A stretch of DNA of 64,000 nucleotides from Octopus sinensis. Its lineage: Eukaryota. Made by a program: the position numbers and the translations under genes. Positions 25,419 to 36,739 of this stretch are shown here, piece by piece (the first letter of the stretch is position 1; each line of letters opens with the position of its first letter). The notes under the pieces were generated by a model. It made no database searches. It was not told the DNA's origin and saw only the letters and a program-made list of their open reading frames with translations. The stretch covers positions 108,438,001-108,502,000 of the forward strand of contig NC_043002.1 of the NCBI RefSeq assembly GCF_006345805.1, given 5' to 3'.

Positions 25419-26140
25419 TATATATATATAGGCACAGGAGTGGCTGTGTGGCAAGTAGCTTGCTAACCAACCACATGGTTCCAGGTTCAGTCCTACTGCG
25501 TGGCATCTTGGGTAAGTGTCTTCTGCTATAGCCCCGGGCCGACCAATGCCTTGTGAGTGGATTTGGTAGACGGAAACTGAAAGAAGCCTGTCGTATATAT
25601 GTATATATATAAGTGTGTGTGTATATGTTTGTGTGTCTGTGTTTGTCCCCCTAGCATTGCTTGACAACCGATGCTGGTGTGTTTACGTCCCCGTCACTTA
25701 GCGGTTCGGCAAAAGAGAGCGATAGAATAAGTACTGGGCTTACAAATAATAAGTCCCGGGGTCGATTTGCTCGACTAAAGGCGGTGCTCCAGCATGGCCA
25801 CAGTCAAATGACTGAAACAAGTAAAAGAGTAAAGAGTAAAGAGAATATATATATATAATCATCATCATCATCATTTAACGTCTGTTTTCCATGCTGGCAT
25901 GGGTTGGACAGTCTGACTGAAGTCTGGAAAGCCAGTGGCTGCACCAGGCTCCAGTCTGATATGGCAATATTTCTGCAGCTGGATGCCCTTCCTAATGCCA
26001 ACCACTCTGAGAGTGTAGTGGGTGATTTTTATGTACCACCAGCATGGGAGCCAGTCAGGCAGTCCTGGCATCAATCACATTCGGATAGTGCATTTTACAT
26101 GCTGCCGGCATGAAAGCTAGTCAGTATATATATATATATA

Positions 26141-27420
26141 TAACAGAGGAATTTAAGACAAGCTGTCCTTGGGAGCGCATCTATGCAGGTGACCTTGTTC
26201 TTATAGTTGAATCCCTACCAGAACTAGAGAAGAAATTTCAGGAGTGGAAGCCTCCGTGCTGGTGGCACGTAACAAACACCATCCGATCATGGCCATGCCA
26301 GCCTCGCCTGGCCTCCGTGCCGGTGGCACGTAAAAAACACCATCCGAGCATGGCCGTTCGCCAGCTTCGTCTGGCACCTGTGTCAGTGGCACATAAAAAG
26401 CACTCACTACACTCACGGAGTGGTTGGCGTTAGGAAGGGCATCCAGCTGTAGAAACACTGCCAGATCTGACTGGCCTGGTGCAGCCTTCGAGCTTCCCAG
26501 ACCCCAGTTGAACCGTCCAACCCATGCTAGCATGGAAAGCGGACGTTAAACAATGATGATGATGATGATGAAGCAAGGTCTGGAATCGAAGAGCCTTAGA
26601 GTTAATTTAGCAAAGACCGAAACCTTAGTAAGAGAACAGACAAACCACAAATCCCTTCAGGGATTGATATGGATAAAAGGTGTTGGTAGAAACTCCATAA
26701 GGTGTACCTGGTGCAAGCTATGTACACATAAGAAGTGCAACAGTATCAGTTAACAGAAAGGGTAGTCTTTGTGTGTGACAGACGTCTAGCCAAAATAGAT
26801 ACAAGGAATGTACGGAGAATAGACTTCGTCAAATGCCCAGGATAATACCTAGAAGTAGTAAAGAGCTTCTGTTACCTTGGTGACCAAGTCAGCAGTGGAG
26901 GAAGTTGCTCTAAGAGTGTGGCTGCTTGAATAAGAATAGGTTAAGTGAAGTTCAGAGAGCTTCTACCACTGTTGATAGGAAAGGGCCCCTCTCTCGGAGT
27001 GTAAGGCAGATTATATAATGCCTGCATACAAACAACATGAGCTGTAACTGCGAAGGACATGCAAAGGCTTGAAAGAAATGAAACTAGGGTGTTCCACTGG
27101 ATGTGCAATGTCAGTGTGCACATGCAACAGAGTGTAAATGTCTTAAGAGAAAAATTGGATGTAAGCGGCATCAGACATGTGCAAGAGAGGAGACTGTGCT
27201 GGTATGATCATGTGGTGTGTATATAAGAGTGCAAATAAATGTTGTGCAAATAAGTGCCGACCTGCAACTATGGAGGGAACCTGTGGAAGAGGTAGACCGA
27301 GGAAGATGTGGGATGAGGTCATGAAATATGATCTGTAGATGTTGAGTGTCAGGGAGGCAATGAATGACAAGTCACCAGGACTTTTGATGATTTTTCTGTA
27401 CTTGAGAAGACACGTTGAGC
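26141..27420 (+). pseudogene. Decayed RTE-clade LINE reverse-transcriptase region, interrupted by repeat B
   Basis: EEFKTSCPWERIYAGDLVLIVESLPELEKKFQEWK (degenerate YADD region), [insertion 26251-26570], KQGLESKSLRVNLAKTE..LEVVKSFCYLGD..GRGRPRKMWDEV. Multiple stops and frameshifts. Confidence 0.85.
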
Positions 27421-27695
27421 TTTGTGAAATCAGTCATGGCTACTGCAAGTGACAAGTGAAAGGCGCCCATGCCGGTGACATCTGTAAGGCTCCTGTGCCA
27501 GTGACATGTTAAAGGCACACGTGCTGGTGACAAATAAAAGGCACCTAGTATACTCTATGAAATGGTTGGCATTAGGAAGGGCGTCCAGCCATAGAAACCA
27601 AGCCAAAACAGATTTTGGTACCTGGTGCAGCTTACTAGTTCCAGTCAAATCATCTAATCCATACCAACATGGAAAACATATGCTAAATGATGATG

Positions 27696-27745
<50 letters not shown>

Positions 27746-27789
27746 TGAAATAGAAAGATGAATAATCTTGTTGCAGATTAATCAAAAGT

Positions 27790-27983
27790 TTAAACCGATA
27801 CCTTGGTAGCAAAAATCACAGCAGAAGACAGCACGGTTGGAGGTACAACCATATGGTGTTGCAACCGTGCGTTGGTGTGGATAATTGAATTTTAATATTA
27901 TTAGTGAATTGAAGAAATGTAGAATGCAATAAAACGATTTCTGTTCAATCTTCGTTCAACTCCATTTCTTCAATTCACTAATA
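27790..27983 (-). repeat. Fold-back element with 21-bp arms next to (TA)n
   Basis: tattagtgaattgaagaaatg (27899-27919) and catttcttcaattcactaata (27963-27983), with a unique tail on the left. The left boundary is approximate. Confidence 0.55.
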
Positions 27984-27991
27984 TATATATA

Positions 27992-28023
<32 letters not shown>

Positions 28024-28164
28024 GTTATTAGAGGTAATGGTGTCAGTGAGACCCAAAGGTGTCAGGTAAGGCTGAATAAGTGCTATGAATAGACCATGGT
28101 TAAGTTACAGGTTCGGTGGTTATACGAATAAGGGGTCCAACTTAAGTCGTATATCAGTGTTTTA

Positions 28165-28207
<43 letters not shown>

Positions 28208-28232
28208 ATATATATATATTATATATATTATA

Positions 28233-28271
<39 letters not shown>

Positions 28272-28272
<1 letters not shown>

Positions 28273-28445
28273 TTTATTTAAAAGTAGCAGAAATTCAATA
28301 AAACCTGTTACTCTGAGTTTCACATACCCGTTTGTCGTGTCAGTTTTGTTGAATTTCTGCTGCTTTTAAATAAAGCATATTACTCTACCCCTGGTATTTG
28401 AGTACTCTTTTTTCCACCTTGTTTCACATTTATGTGTTTACTCCA

Positions 28446-28446
<1 letters not shown>
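28272..28446 (+). mobile_element. Fold-back element (PLE-like) with 33-bp arms and a conserved tail, in (TA)n
   Basis: Arms 28272-28304 and 28343-28375 (2 mismatches), ending at AATAAAG, then a 70-bp tail. Confidence 0.7.
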
Positions 28447-28479
<33 letters not shown>

Positions 28480-28482
<3 letters not shown>

Positions 28483-28690
28483 TTGTATACTGTCAATCTA
28501 ACAAGAACGTGACAGTAGGGGGTACACCACCGTTATATAGCCCTAGGAGGCATCGAACGCCTCCTAGGGCTATATAACGGTGGTGTACCCCCTACTGTCA
28601 CGTTCTTGTTAGATTGACAGTATACAACCATTATATCGCTCCACCACTGTACACCTTTCTACGAGAGCTTTAGAAACTCAATATTTCTTA
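28480..28690 (+). repeat. Perfect 72-bp inverted repeat with a 7-nt loop and tail, in (TA)n
   Basis: 28480-28551 is the exact reverse complement of 28559-28630. Loop ATCGAAC. Confidence 0.95.
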
Positions 28691-28843
28691 TATATATATA
28701 TTATTATGTATGTATGTGTGTGTGTGTATAATTTGTTGTGATTTGTTACTTGTTGAGGCCATGTGCTCAGAGCCTGATGATTACTTGAAGACAGTTGACA
28801 TGTTTTACGGCTGGCCTACATAATGTCTTCAATGCAGTTCACA

Positions 28844-28875
<32 letters not shown>

Positions 28876-30803
28876 TGCCAGCATGAAAAACCAATGTTAA
28901 ATGCTGATGGTAATGATGACATCAGAGAGAGCTGAAAATCATCCCAAGTCTAGGTAGCAAGGGACACCAGTTGCACTTTGACCCTGTTGGATCTTGTCAA
29001 GCATTGTCTAATCATGTGACTGGCTGTGAGTACAGACAACTGATAAAGTCCACCAAGGCCAAAATGCATCTAGCATTCTCACTAACTGCTGCTGGGATGA
29101 ATTTTCATCCCCTTCCAATATTTATTGTGATTTTAAACATATCATGTCCATAAGAGATGTTATCTCTGGACAAATATTGCAGTAAATTTGCCTCTCAATG
29201 ATGTATTTATGATAAGTATGATACCTAGATGGCTGTGTGTGTGTATGCATGTGCATGCAAATGCATGTATGTGTGTGGGTGGGTGTGTGCATATGTGTAT
29301 GTATATGTGAATGTGTGTGTGTGTGTGTATATATACATAAATGTTATCTTCTTTCAGCATACCAATGGATGCTTGTATTTCCTAAGAAATAGTTTGTTAA
29401 CAAAGACAAGTTAGTATATGTATGTGTGTGTGTTTGTATGTGTATGTATGTATGTATGTATGTATGTATGTATGTATGTGTGTGTATGTATGTATAAATT
29501 TTACCTTCCTTCAACATACCAAGGCCTGCCTATGTACTTCCTACGAGAGACAGTTTGCCAACTCAGACAGATTCAACAAAAGGCTCTGTGGAAGATTGTA
29601 AACACAAAATGTCACTCACTTTGAATTCAGGAATACATGGTAAATGAGTTAATTTCCGACCTCATAACCACAGAGTAATGTCAACCTGATTAATAATAAC
29701 GAAATTCCGACACAAGTGAAACATCAAATACCAAGTCTGTAATAATAAATAAGACTAGATTTACACCTACACAGATTTTTCTAATATGACACTATTTTTG
29801 TTTAAAGAAGAACCAGGAGTGGCCGTGTGGTAAGTAGCTTGCTAACCAACCACATGGTTCCGGGTTCAGTCCCACTGCGTGGCATCTTGGGCAAGTGTCT
29901 TCTGCTATAGCCCCGGGCCGACCAATGCCTTGTGAGTGGATTTGGTAGACGGAAACTGAAAGAAGCCTGTCGTATATATGTATGTGTGTGCTTTTGTTTG
30001 TGTGTCTGTGTTTGTCCCCCTAGCATTGCTTGACAATCGATGCTGGTGTGTTTACGTCCCCGTCACTTAGCGGTTCGGCAAAAAAGAGACCGATAGAATA
30101 AGTACTGGGCTTACAAAGAATAAGTCCCGGGGTCGAGTTGCTCGACTAAAGGCGGTGCTCCAGCATGGCCGCAGTCAAATGACTGAAACAAGTAAAAGAG
30201 TAACGAAACAGTCCATAGAAGGAGCCAATAATTGCAGAGCTGAATAGGTGGTAAGGGGTGAAAAGCTCTGATATTCAAACTATATGTGTTTCTTTATTGC
30301 CCACAGGCGGCTAAACCTAGAGGGGACAAACAAGGACAGACAAAGGGATTAAGTCGATTATATCGACACCAGTGCGTAACTGGTACTTATTTAATTGACC
30401 CTGAAAGAATGAAAGGCAAAGTCGACCTCGGCAGAATTTGAACTCAAAACGTAACAGCAGACAAAATATCGCTAGGCATTTTGCCCAGACTACTAACAAT
30501 TCTGCCAGCTCACTGCCCTCTGTTCAAACTATATTAATAAGTGTATAATCTTTTACTTGGTTTAGTTATTTGACTTCGCCCATGCTGGGGCATCACCTTC
30601 AAGGGTTTAGCTGGACAAATTGACTCCCATACTTACTTTTTTTTAATCCCGTACCTATTCTGTCAGACTCTTTTGCTAAGCAGTTAAGTTACAGGGATGT
30701 CACCAAACCAACATAGGTTGTCAAGTAATGGTGGAGACAAATGCAAACACACATATACATACATCATCTTCATTATCATCATTTAATTACTATCATTTAT
30801 TGT

Positions 30804-31188
30804 GGAAGCACTCCGTCGGTTACAACGACGAGGGTTCCGGTTGATCCGAATCAACGGAACAGCCTGCTCGTGAAATTAACGTGTAAGTGGCTGAGCACTC
30901 CACAGACACGTGTACCCTTAACGTAGTTCTCAGGGATATTCAGCGTGACACAGAGAGTGACAAGGCCAGCCCTTTGAAGTACAGGTACAACAGAAACAGG
31001 AAGTAAGAGTGAGAGAAAGTTGTGGTGAAAGAGTACAGCTGGGATCACCACCATCCCCTGTCGGAGCCTCGTGGAGCTTTTAGGTGTTTTCGCTCAATAA
31101 ACACTCACAACGCCCGGTCTGGGATTCGAAACCGCGATCCTACGACCGCGAGTCCGCTGCCCTAACCACCGGGCCATTGCGCCTCCAC
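30804..31188 (-). mobile_element. tRNA-derived SINE family E
   Basis: Minus head GTGGAGGCGCAATGGCCCGGTGGTTAGGG..GTTTCGAATCCC with A- and B-box-like motifs. Second copy at 54780-55163. Confidence 0.85.
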
Positions 31189-31869
31189 TTATCATTTATT
31201 AGATAGTCCTTGAGGGAGGTAGTGAAAGGGAAAAGAAAGCTACAAAGCTTTCGATGAGGAGCAGAAAAACAAGTAGAAAAATAGAACTTGAACATTCAGC
31301 ACTGTGGTGGCAGCAGAGAAAAAGGCAATAGCTACATACAAAAGAAAGGGAAGGAAAAGATGGACATATTCACAAGCTTTTCAAATGTGTGTGTGTATGT
31401 TTGCTCTCTTTCTTTTATTAAATCCCCTACACTTCATTTCATTCTGAACAATAGTGAGAGCTCTGTAAACGATCAAGCTGTAACCCAACTCTTAAAGCCA
31501 ATATCTTTATTTCATGACATTAGGTAATCTCTGCTTTTATATTCCCTAAATTCCAAACATTCAAAGTCAAATGGCTCTGATTGTATCTCAATTCTTCCTC
31601 TCAGACTACCTCCCGTTCTCTGTTTCAGCTTCATTATCTCTCCTATTCAAACAGTATCAATCTCCTTGATCTGATAAACTACATACAACTATGGAAACTT
31701 TCAATGTTCTAAAGACACATAAGCAAGAAAGCATATCAGCTAACCATTGTAAACAGCTGGGCTAACTTCCTTTCAGACATAATAACCCCATCAACAGTCT
31801 GGTAGTCTGGTCCTTTTACATGACAACAGGCTTTGGGGTTGGGGGGGGGGGGTGATATATTTTTTCTTT

Positions 31870-32475
31870 TTTCTTTTACTTGTTTCAGTCATTTGACTGT
31901 GGCCATGCTGGAGCACCGTCTTTAGTCGAGCAAATCAACCCCGGGACTTATTCTTTGTAAGCCCAGTACTTATTCTATCGGTCTCTTTTTGCCGAACCGC
32001 TAAGTAATGGGGACATAAACACACCAGCATTGGTTGTCAAGCAATGCTAGGGGGACAAACACAGACACACAAGCACACACATACATATATATATATATAT
32101 ATACATATATAAGGCGGCGAGCTAGTAGAAACGTTAGAACGCCGGGCGAAATTCGTAGCCATATTTCGTCTGTCGTTGTGTTCCGAGTTCAAATTCCGCC
32201 GAGGTTGACTTTGCCTTTCATCCTTTTGGGGTCGATAAATTAAGTACCAGTTTGTCTGTCCCCTCTGTGTTTAGCCCCTTGTGGGTAGTAAAGAAATATA
32301 TATATATACATATATACGACAGGCTTCTTTCAGTTTCCGTCTACCAAATCCACTCACAAGGCATTGGTCGGCCCGAGGCTATAGCAGAAGACACTTGCCC
32401 AAGATGCCACGCAGTGGGACTGAACCCAGAACCATGTGGTTGGTTAGCAAGCTACTTACCACACAGCCACTCCTG
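31870..32475 (-). mobile_element. SINE A copy with a SINE C inserted in its internal (TA)n
   Basis: SINE C (32112-32298, +) lies between near-identical atatatatatacatatata tracts inside SINE A. Confidence 0.85.
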
Positions 32476-33788
32476 CTCTATTTATCTAAAAACCTTTGCT
32501 TTGGATCATAAATGACAGTCCCAAGACGAAGATGGTGGACATCACATTGTGTTTGTGTTTGAGAGAAAGAGGGAAGAATGGAGAGACAGACAGACAGACA
32601 GAGAGGGGAGAGTTGCGTTTATGTTTTAGTCTTGCGAACCAGATACTTTAAAATTTTGTAATAACTGTGAGTTATCAAGATAACCTTTCTGTCTTTGCAA
32701 AGCAAAGCAAGTTATGATAAAGGAATGAAGGTTTATGTTACCTTTTGATCTTTGAGTCAGATAATCTTCTCAGGTTTAGCTTCAGTCTGGGAGTCAGTGA
32801 GAACGATGATACTACTCTTGGTAAATGCTAAAGTATTATACTACCCCAGACTAAACAAAGACAGAGGTCAAATTATTTCTAGTCATTCAAAAGAATTGAG
32901 AAGACATAATTTTAATTACAGATGAATGAATTTTGGGGGTTTTTTTTTTCATCAAAAAGAGTGAAAATTTTTTAAAATAAGATTGAATTCTAAATGTCTA
33001 CTAAGATTTAGTCTTCCTTTCAAACCAGGTTACCTTTGAGTAAACAGATGTACCTACCACACACAAATCTATCACGAGTTATAACCCTCAGATTTTATTG
33101 TTTCAGTTATAGCATGTCTGTGCCTGACCAAGAACCATGTTAAGGACATCCAGACAAACTGGGGGTAAATGGTATGAGGGTGCAATATGACTGAAGATGT
33201 TGTACTCTCCTTTTGTTTATGTTTTTTTGTTTTTTTACTTGTTTCAGTCATTTGACTGCGGCCATGCTGGAGCACTGCCTTTAGTCGAGCAAATCTACCC
33301 CGGGACTTATTCGTTGTAAGCCTAGTACTTATTCTATCGGTCTCTTTTGCTGAACCGCTAAGTGACGGGGACGTAAACACACCAACATCGGTTGTCAAGC
33401 AATGCTAGGGGGACAAACACAGACACACAAACACATGCATATATATATACATATATACGATGGGCTTCTTTGAGTTTCCGTCTACCAAATCCACTCACAA
33501 GGCATTGGTCGGCCTGGGGCTATAGCAGAAGACCACTTGCCCAAGATGCCACACAGTGGGACTGAACCAGGAACCATGTGGTTGGTTAGCAAGCTACTTA
33601 CCACACAGCCACTCTTGTGCCTATGTTTTTGTTTCTTTCAGTTTCTGTCTACAAAACCAACTCACAAGGCTTTGGTTGACCCAGGGTTATAGTAGAAGAC
33701 ACTTGCCCACATTGGGACTGAACCTGAAACCATGTGATTGGAAGCAAGCTTCTTAACCACACAACCACACCTGCACCTTCCTAGTCAT

Positions 33789-34065
33789 GCGGACATATGG
33801 TGTAGTGGTTAAGAGCATGGGCTACTAACCCTAAGATTCCGAGTTCGATTCCAGGTAGTGACCTGAATAATAATAATAATAACATCAAAAAATACATTCG
33901 GAATGAGAACCCAAGTTTGAAATTTCCCCAAGACACCTGATGAAGGCTGGGCGGGTATATCACCTGAAACGTTGTGTTAACAACAAACAAGATTAGGACA
34001 AATATCCGTCAAATGTAAATAATGTAAATAATATACATAATTCCTCATCTCTTAAATATAAAACT
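33789..34065 (+). mobile_element. Most complete copy of the hammerhead-bearing tRNA-SINE
   Basis: Head GCGGACATATGGTGTAGTGGTTAAGAGC..GAGTTCGATTCCAGG, (TAA)n spacer, hammerhead motif, AT-rich tail ending cttaaatataaaac. Confidence 0.85.
33932..33978 (+). ncRNA. Minimal type I hammerhead ribozyme motif
   Basis: Stem I GACAC/GTGTT, core CTGATGA, stem II AGG(C)TG/CACCT, GAAAC, loopless palindromic stem III (AACGTT), GUU triplet. All core nucleotides present. Folded by eye; activity untested. Confidence 0.6.
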
Positions 34066-34444
34066 TGATCATATCCCAAAATCAATATATTCAACTGTTC
34101 GCAGCAACCTGAATGAAATTGGTGGCCTTGTGCTAAATCTATAAACCCTCATTTAGTTGGATGTTAATAAACTTAATAAAAAAAAAACTTTGTTTCCTGT
34201 ATTTACCTTCCTTTGGTTTACAGGAAAAGCACGGAAGTAAGAACTTAATGTTAACAGTTTGGAGCGAATTCTACACAAAAGTAAAATATTTCTTTAACAA
34301 ACTTGATATCTTTCATCTCACCCCATCCACCGTACACCTTATTGGAGGAAGTTAATTAAACCGACAGATAAATTGCTCACCCTTCCCATCACATCACTCC
34401 ACCACCTCCAATCCAATCCAATTCTCAACCAGTTCTCCACTTAC

Positions 34445-34499
34445 CTAAAACAGCTCAGCAGTCTTTGAGCCATGTAGAATTCGTAGCTAGTTTATCTCC
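34445..34499 (-). CDS. Candidate 55-nt coding exon
   Basis: Acceptor catattttaAG, donor TAG|GTAAGT. Only open frame (G)DKTSYEFYMAQRLLSCF(R), in phase with the exon across a 71-nt intron. Confidence 0.35.
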
Positions 34500-34570
34500 T
34501 TAAAATATGCAGTTTTTATGGTGATTCTCTTGCTCTGGCAGCATAGGAAGATTTGCATGGTTTCACTTAC

Positions 34571-34633
34571 CAAGATATATTTCATTGTACAGCTGTTTGC
34601 AATGTGGAACTATGAAGATAAGCCCAAGTCTTT
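34571..34633 (-). CDS. Candidate 63-nt coding exon
   Basis: Donor TTG|GTAAGT, frame RLGLIFIVPHCKQLYNEIYL(G). The acceptor is weak (purine-rich upstream), so the 5' boundary is uncertain. Confidence 0.3.
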
Positions 34634-34649
34634 CTGCAATCTTCAATGT

Positions 34650-34714
34650 TATTGTTATTATTTTTATTATTATTATTATTATTATTATTGTTATTATTAT
34701 CATTATTATCATTA

Positions 34715-34765
<51 letters not shown>

Positions 34766-34985
34766 TATTTTTATTTTTATTATTATTATTATTATTATTA
34801 TCATTATTATTATTATCATCATTATTATTATCTTGCTACTATTATTGTTGTTGTTGTTCTTATTATTAATGTTATTTTACAATTAGTATTATTAGTACTA
34901 TTTTTGTTGTTGCCATAACTATTATTATTATTATCATTAGTATTACTATTATTATTATTGTTGTTGTTATTATTATTATTACTAT
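34650..34985. repeat. Long imperfect (TTA)n microsatellite
   Basis: Direct inspection. Confidence 0.95.
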
Positions 34986-36442
34986 TTCTAAGTGCAGTCA
35001 TGTGGGTGGAGTCCAACTAAACTGCTAGACATCAATTCATCTATATAATAAAGACATTCATAAATTATATACACACATACACTCAAACACACACACACAC
35101 ATACAAATGTATACACTCTTACAATTGTGCATACATACACAGCAATGCATATACTAACACATAATATTTTCTCCACAAACTGTTCGTAGATACTAAAATA
35201 TGCACACACACACCTACTAATGTTATACACAAAGTAGATTATATAGACTTGCCACACATACATATGACATCATAAATATTCTATAAATAACTGTGTTTAT
35301 ATATGCTTAACAAAATGCAGTTATATGTGGATGTGCTATATAATTTATCTCTGCAGGCATTTTATCTAACATTTCCTTTTTCAAAGATTACATGTTGAGA
35401 TTTGAGTGAAATTTGGTTGCTATTGTCATCAAGTGATGTGACCACAGAAAGACTCCTTTGTTAGCTCAATGAAAACCTGATAAAACAATTAAGTTGTAGC
35501 AAGGGTCCTGTTATGTCTTGAACCATTGCATTTAGATTTCCCAGCACTGGACTACAGTCTACCACACTGTCATGAAAGGGAATGCCAGTGTGGAAAAATT
35601 ATTGTATCACTATAGAATGCATAAATGCCTAGACAAACATTGCTCGGTCAATCAGATTGGCTGATGTGTAACCAAGTAAACTGAAATTTTTCCGCCAAAT
35701 AATCTGGTTGAATTTTCTAGAAGCTTGTCTAAATGTTATAAAAGCTGGGATGTTGAACTTCCAGACAGAAGAAACTCAGATACTACACAGAATGTTGTTG
35801 GTCAGTTTTGTGATGTGTTCTCACTTTTTGTACTTGTTTTGTCTTTAATAACCATTCATGATTTTTAAATAAATAACCAAAATATTCTTTTCTACTCTTG
35901 GCACAAGACCCAGAATTTTTAGGGAGGGGAGCCAGTTGATTAGATTGACCCCAGTACACATCTGATACTTAATTTATCGACCCCAAAAAGATGAAAGGCA
36001 AAGTCAACCTCAGCGCAATTTGAACTCAGAATGTAGAGACAGACGAAATACATTTCGTCCAGCATGCCAACGTTTCTGCCACCTCACCGTCTTTGGATAA
36101 CCAAAATATTTTATACAATGAAGACATGTAACTGCCTCTTTCATTATCTCATCTATGGTGTTTTATTCAAATAATTGTTGTACATATGTAAATGAAAATG
36201 TTTCGGATAATAGAATAATAGGGAAAACGAATTAGTGACTAAGATTTACTAAAAGGTTTAAGCAGGGATTTACACAGCAAGTTCAGAAGTAACATAAGAG
36301 AGAGAAGAAGGCCAGAACGAATTGAAGGTTTGATAGTTTTAGTATTTTGGTGCAATCAAGAATGTTTTTGCCCTTCTTACTGCCAACTGTTTCATCGTGA
36401 TGTAGGAACAGAACTAAATAACATCCAGGTAGACTAATACAG

Positions 36443-36711
36443 TTCTATATTTATGAGATGAGGAATTATTTACATTTGACAGATATTTGTCTTCATCTTG
36501 TTTGTTGTTAACACAATGTTTCGGCTGATATACCCTCCAGCCTTCATCAGGTGTCTTGCAGAAATTTCAAACCTGGGTTCTCATTTCTAAGGTATTTTTC
36601 GATGTTATTATTGTTATTATTATTATTATTATTATTTAGATCACTGCCTGGAATCGAACTCAGAATCTTGGGGTTAGTTGCCCGCGCTCTTAACCACTAT
36701 GCCATATTCCC
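36443..36711 (-). mobile_element. Hammerhead-bearing tRNA-SINE, full length
   Basis: Motif at 36510-36555 reads GACAC CTGATGA A GGCTG gagggtatat CAGCC GAAAC ATT GTGTT on the minus strand (one change from consensus). Confidence 0.85.
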
Positions 36712-36739
36712 GTGGGTAGACTGCACAGTTATTTTGCTA

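Noticed and set aside
33789-33865. tRNA gene calls for SINE heads (also 5313, 31110-31188, 55085-55163, 61990)
   Set aside because: A- and B-box-like motifs are present but acceptor stems do not close and each head continues into a repeated SINE body.
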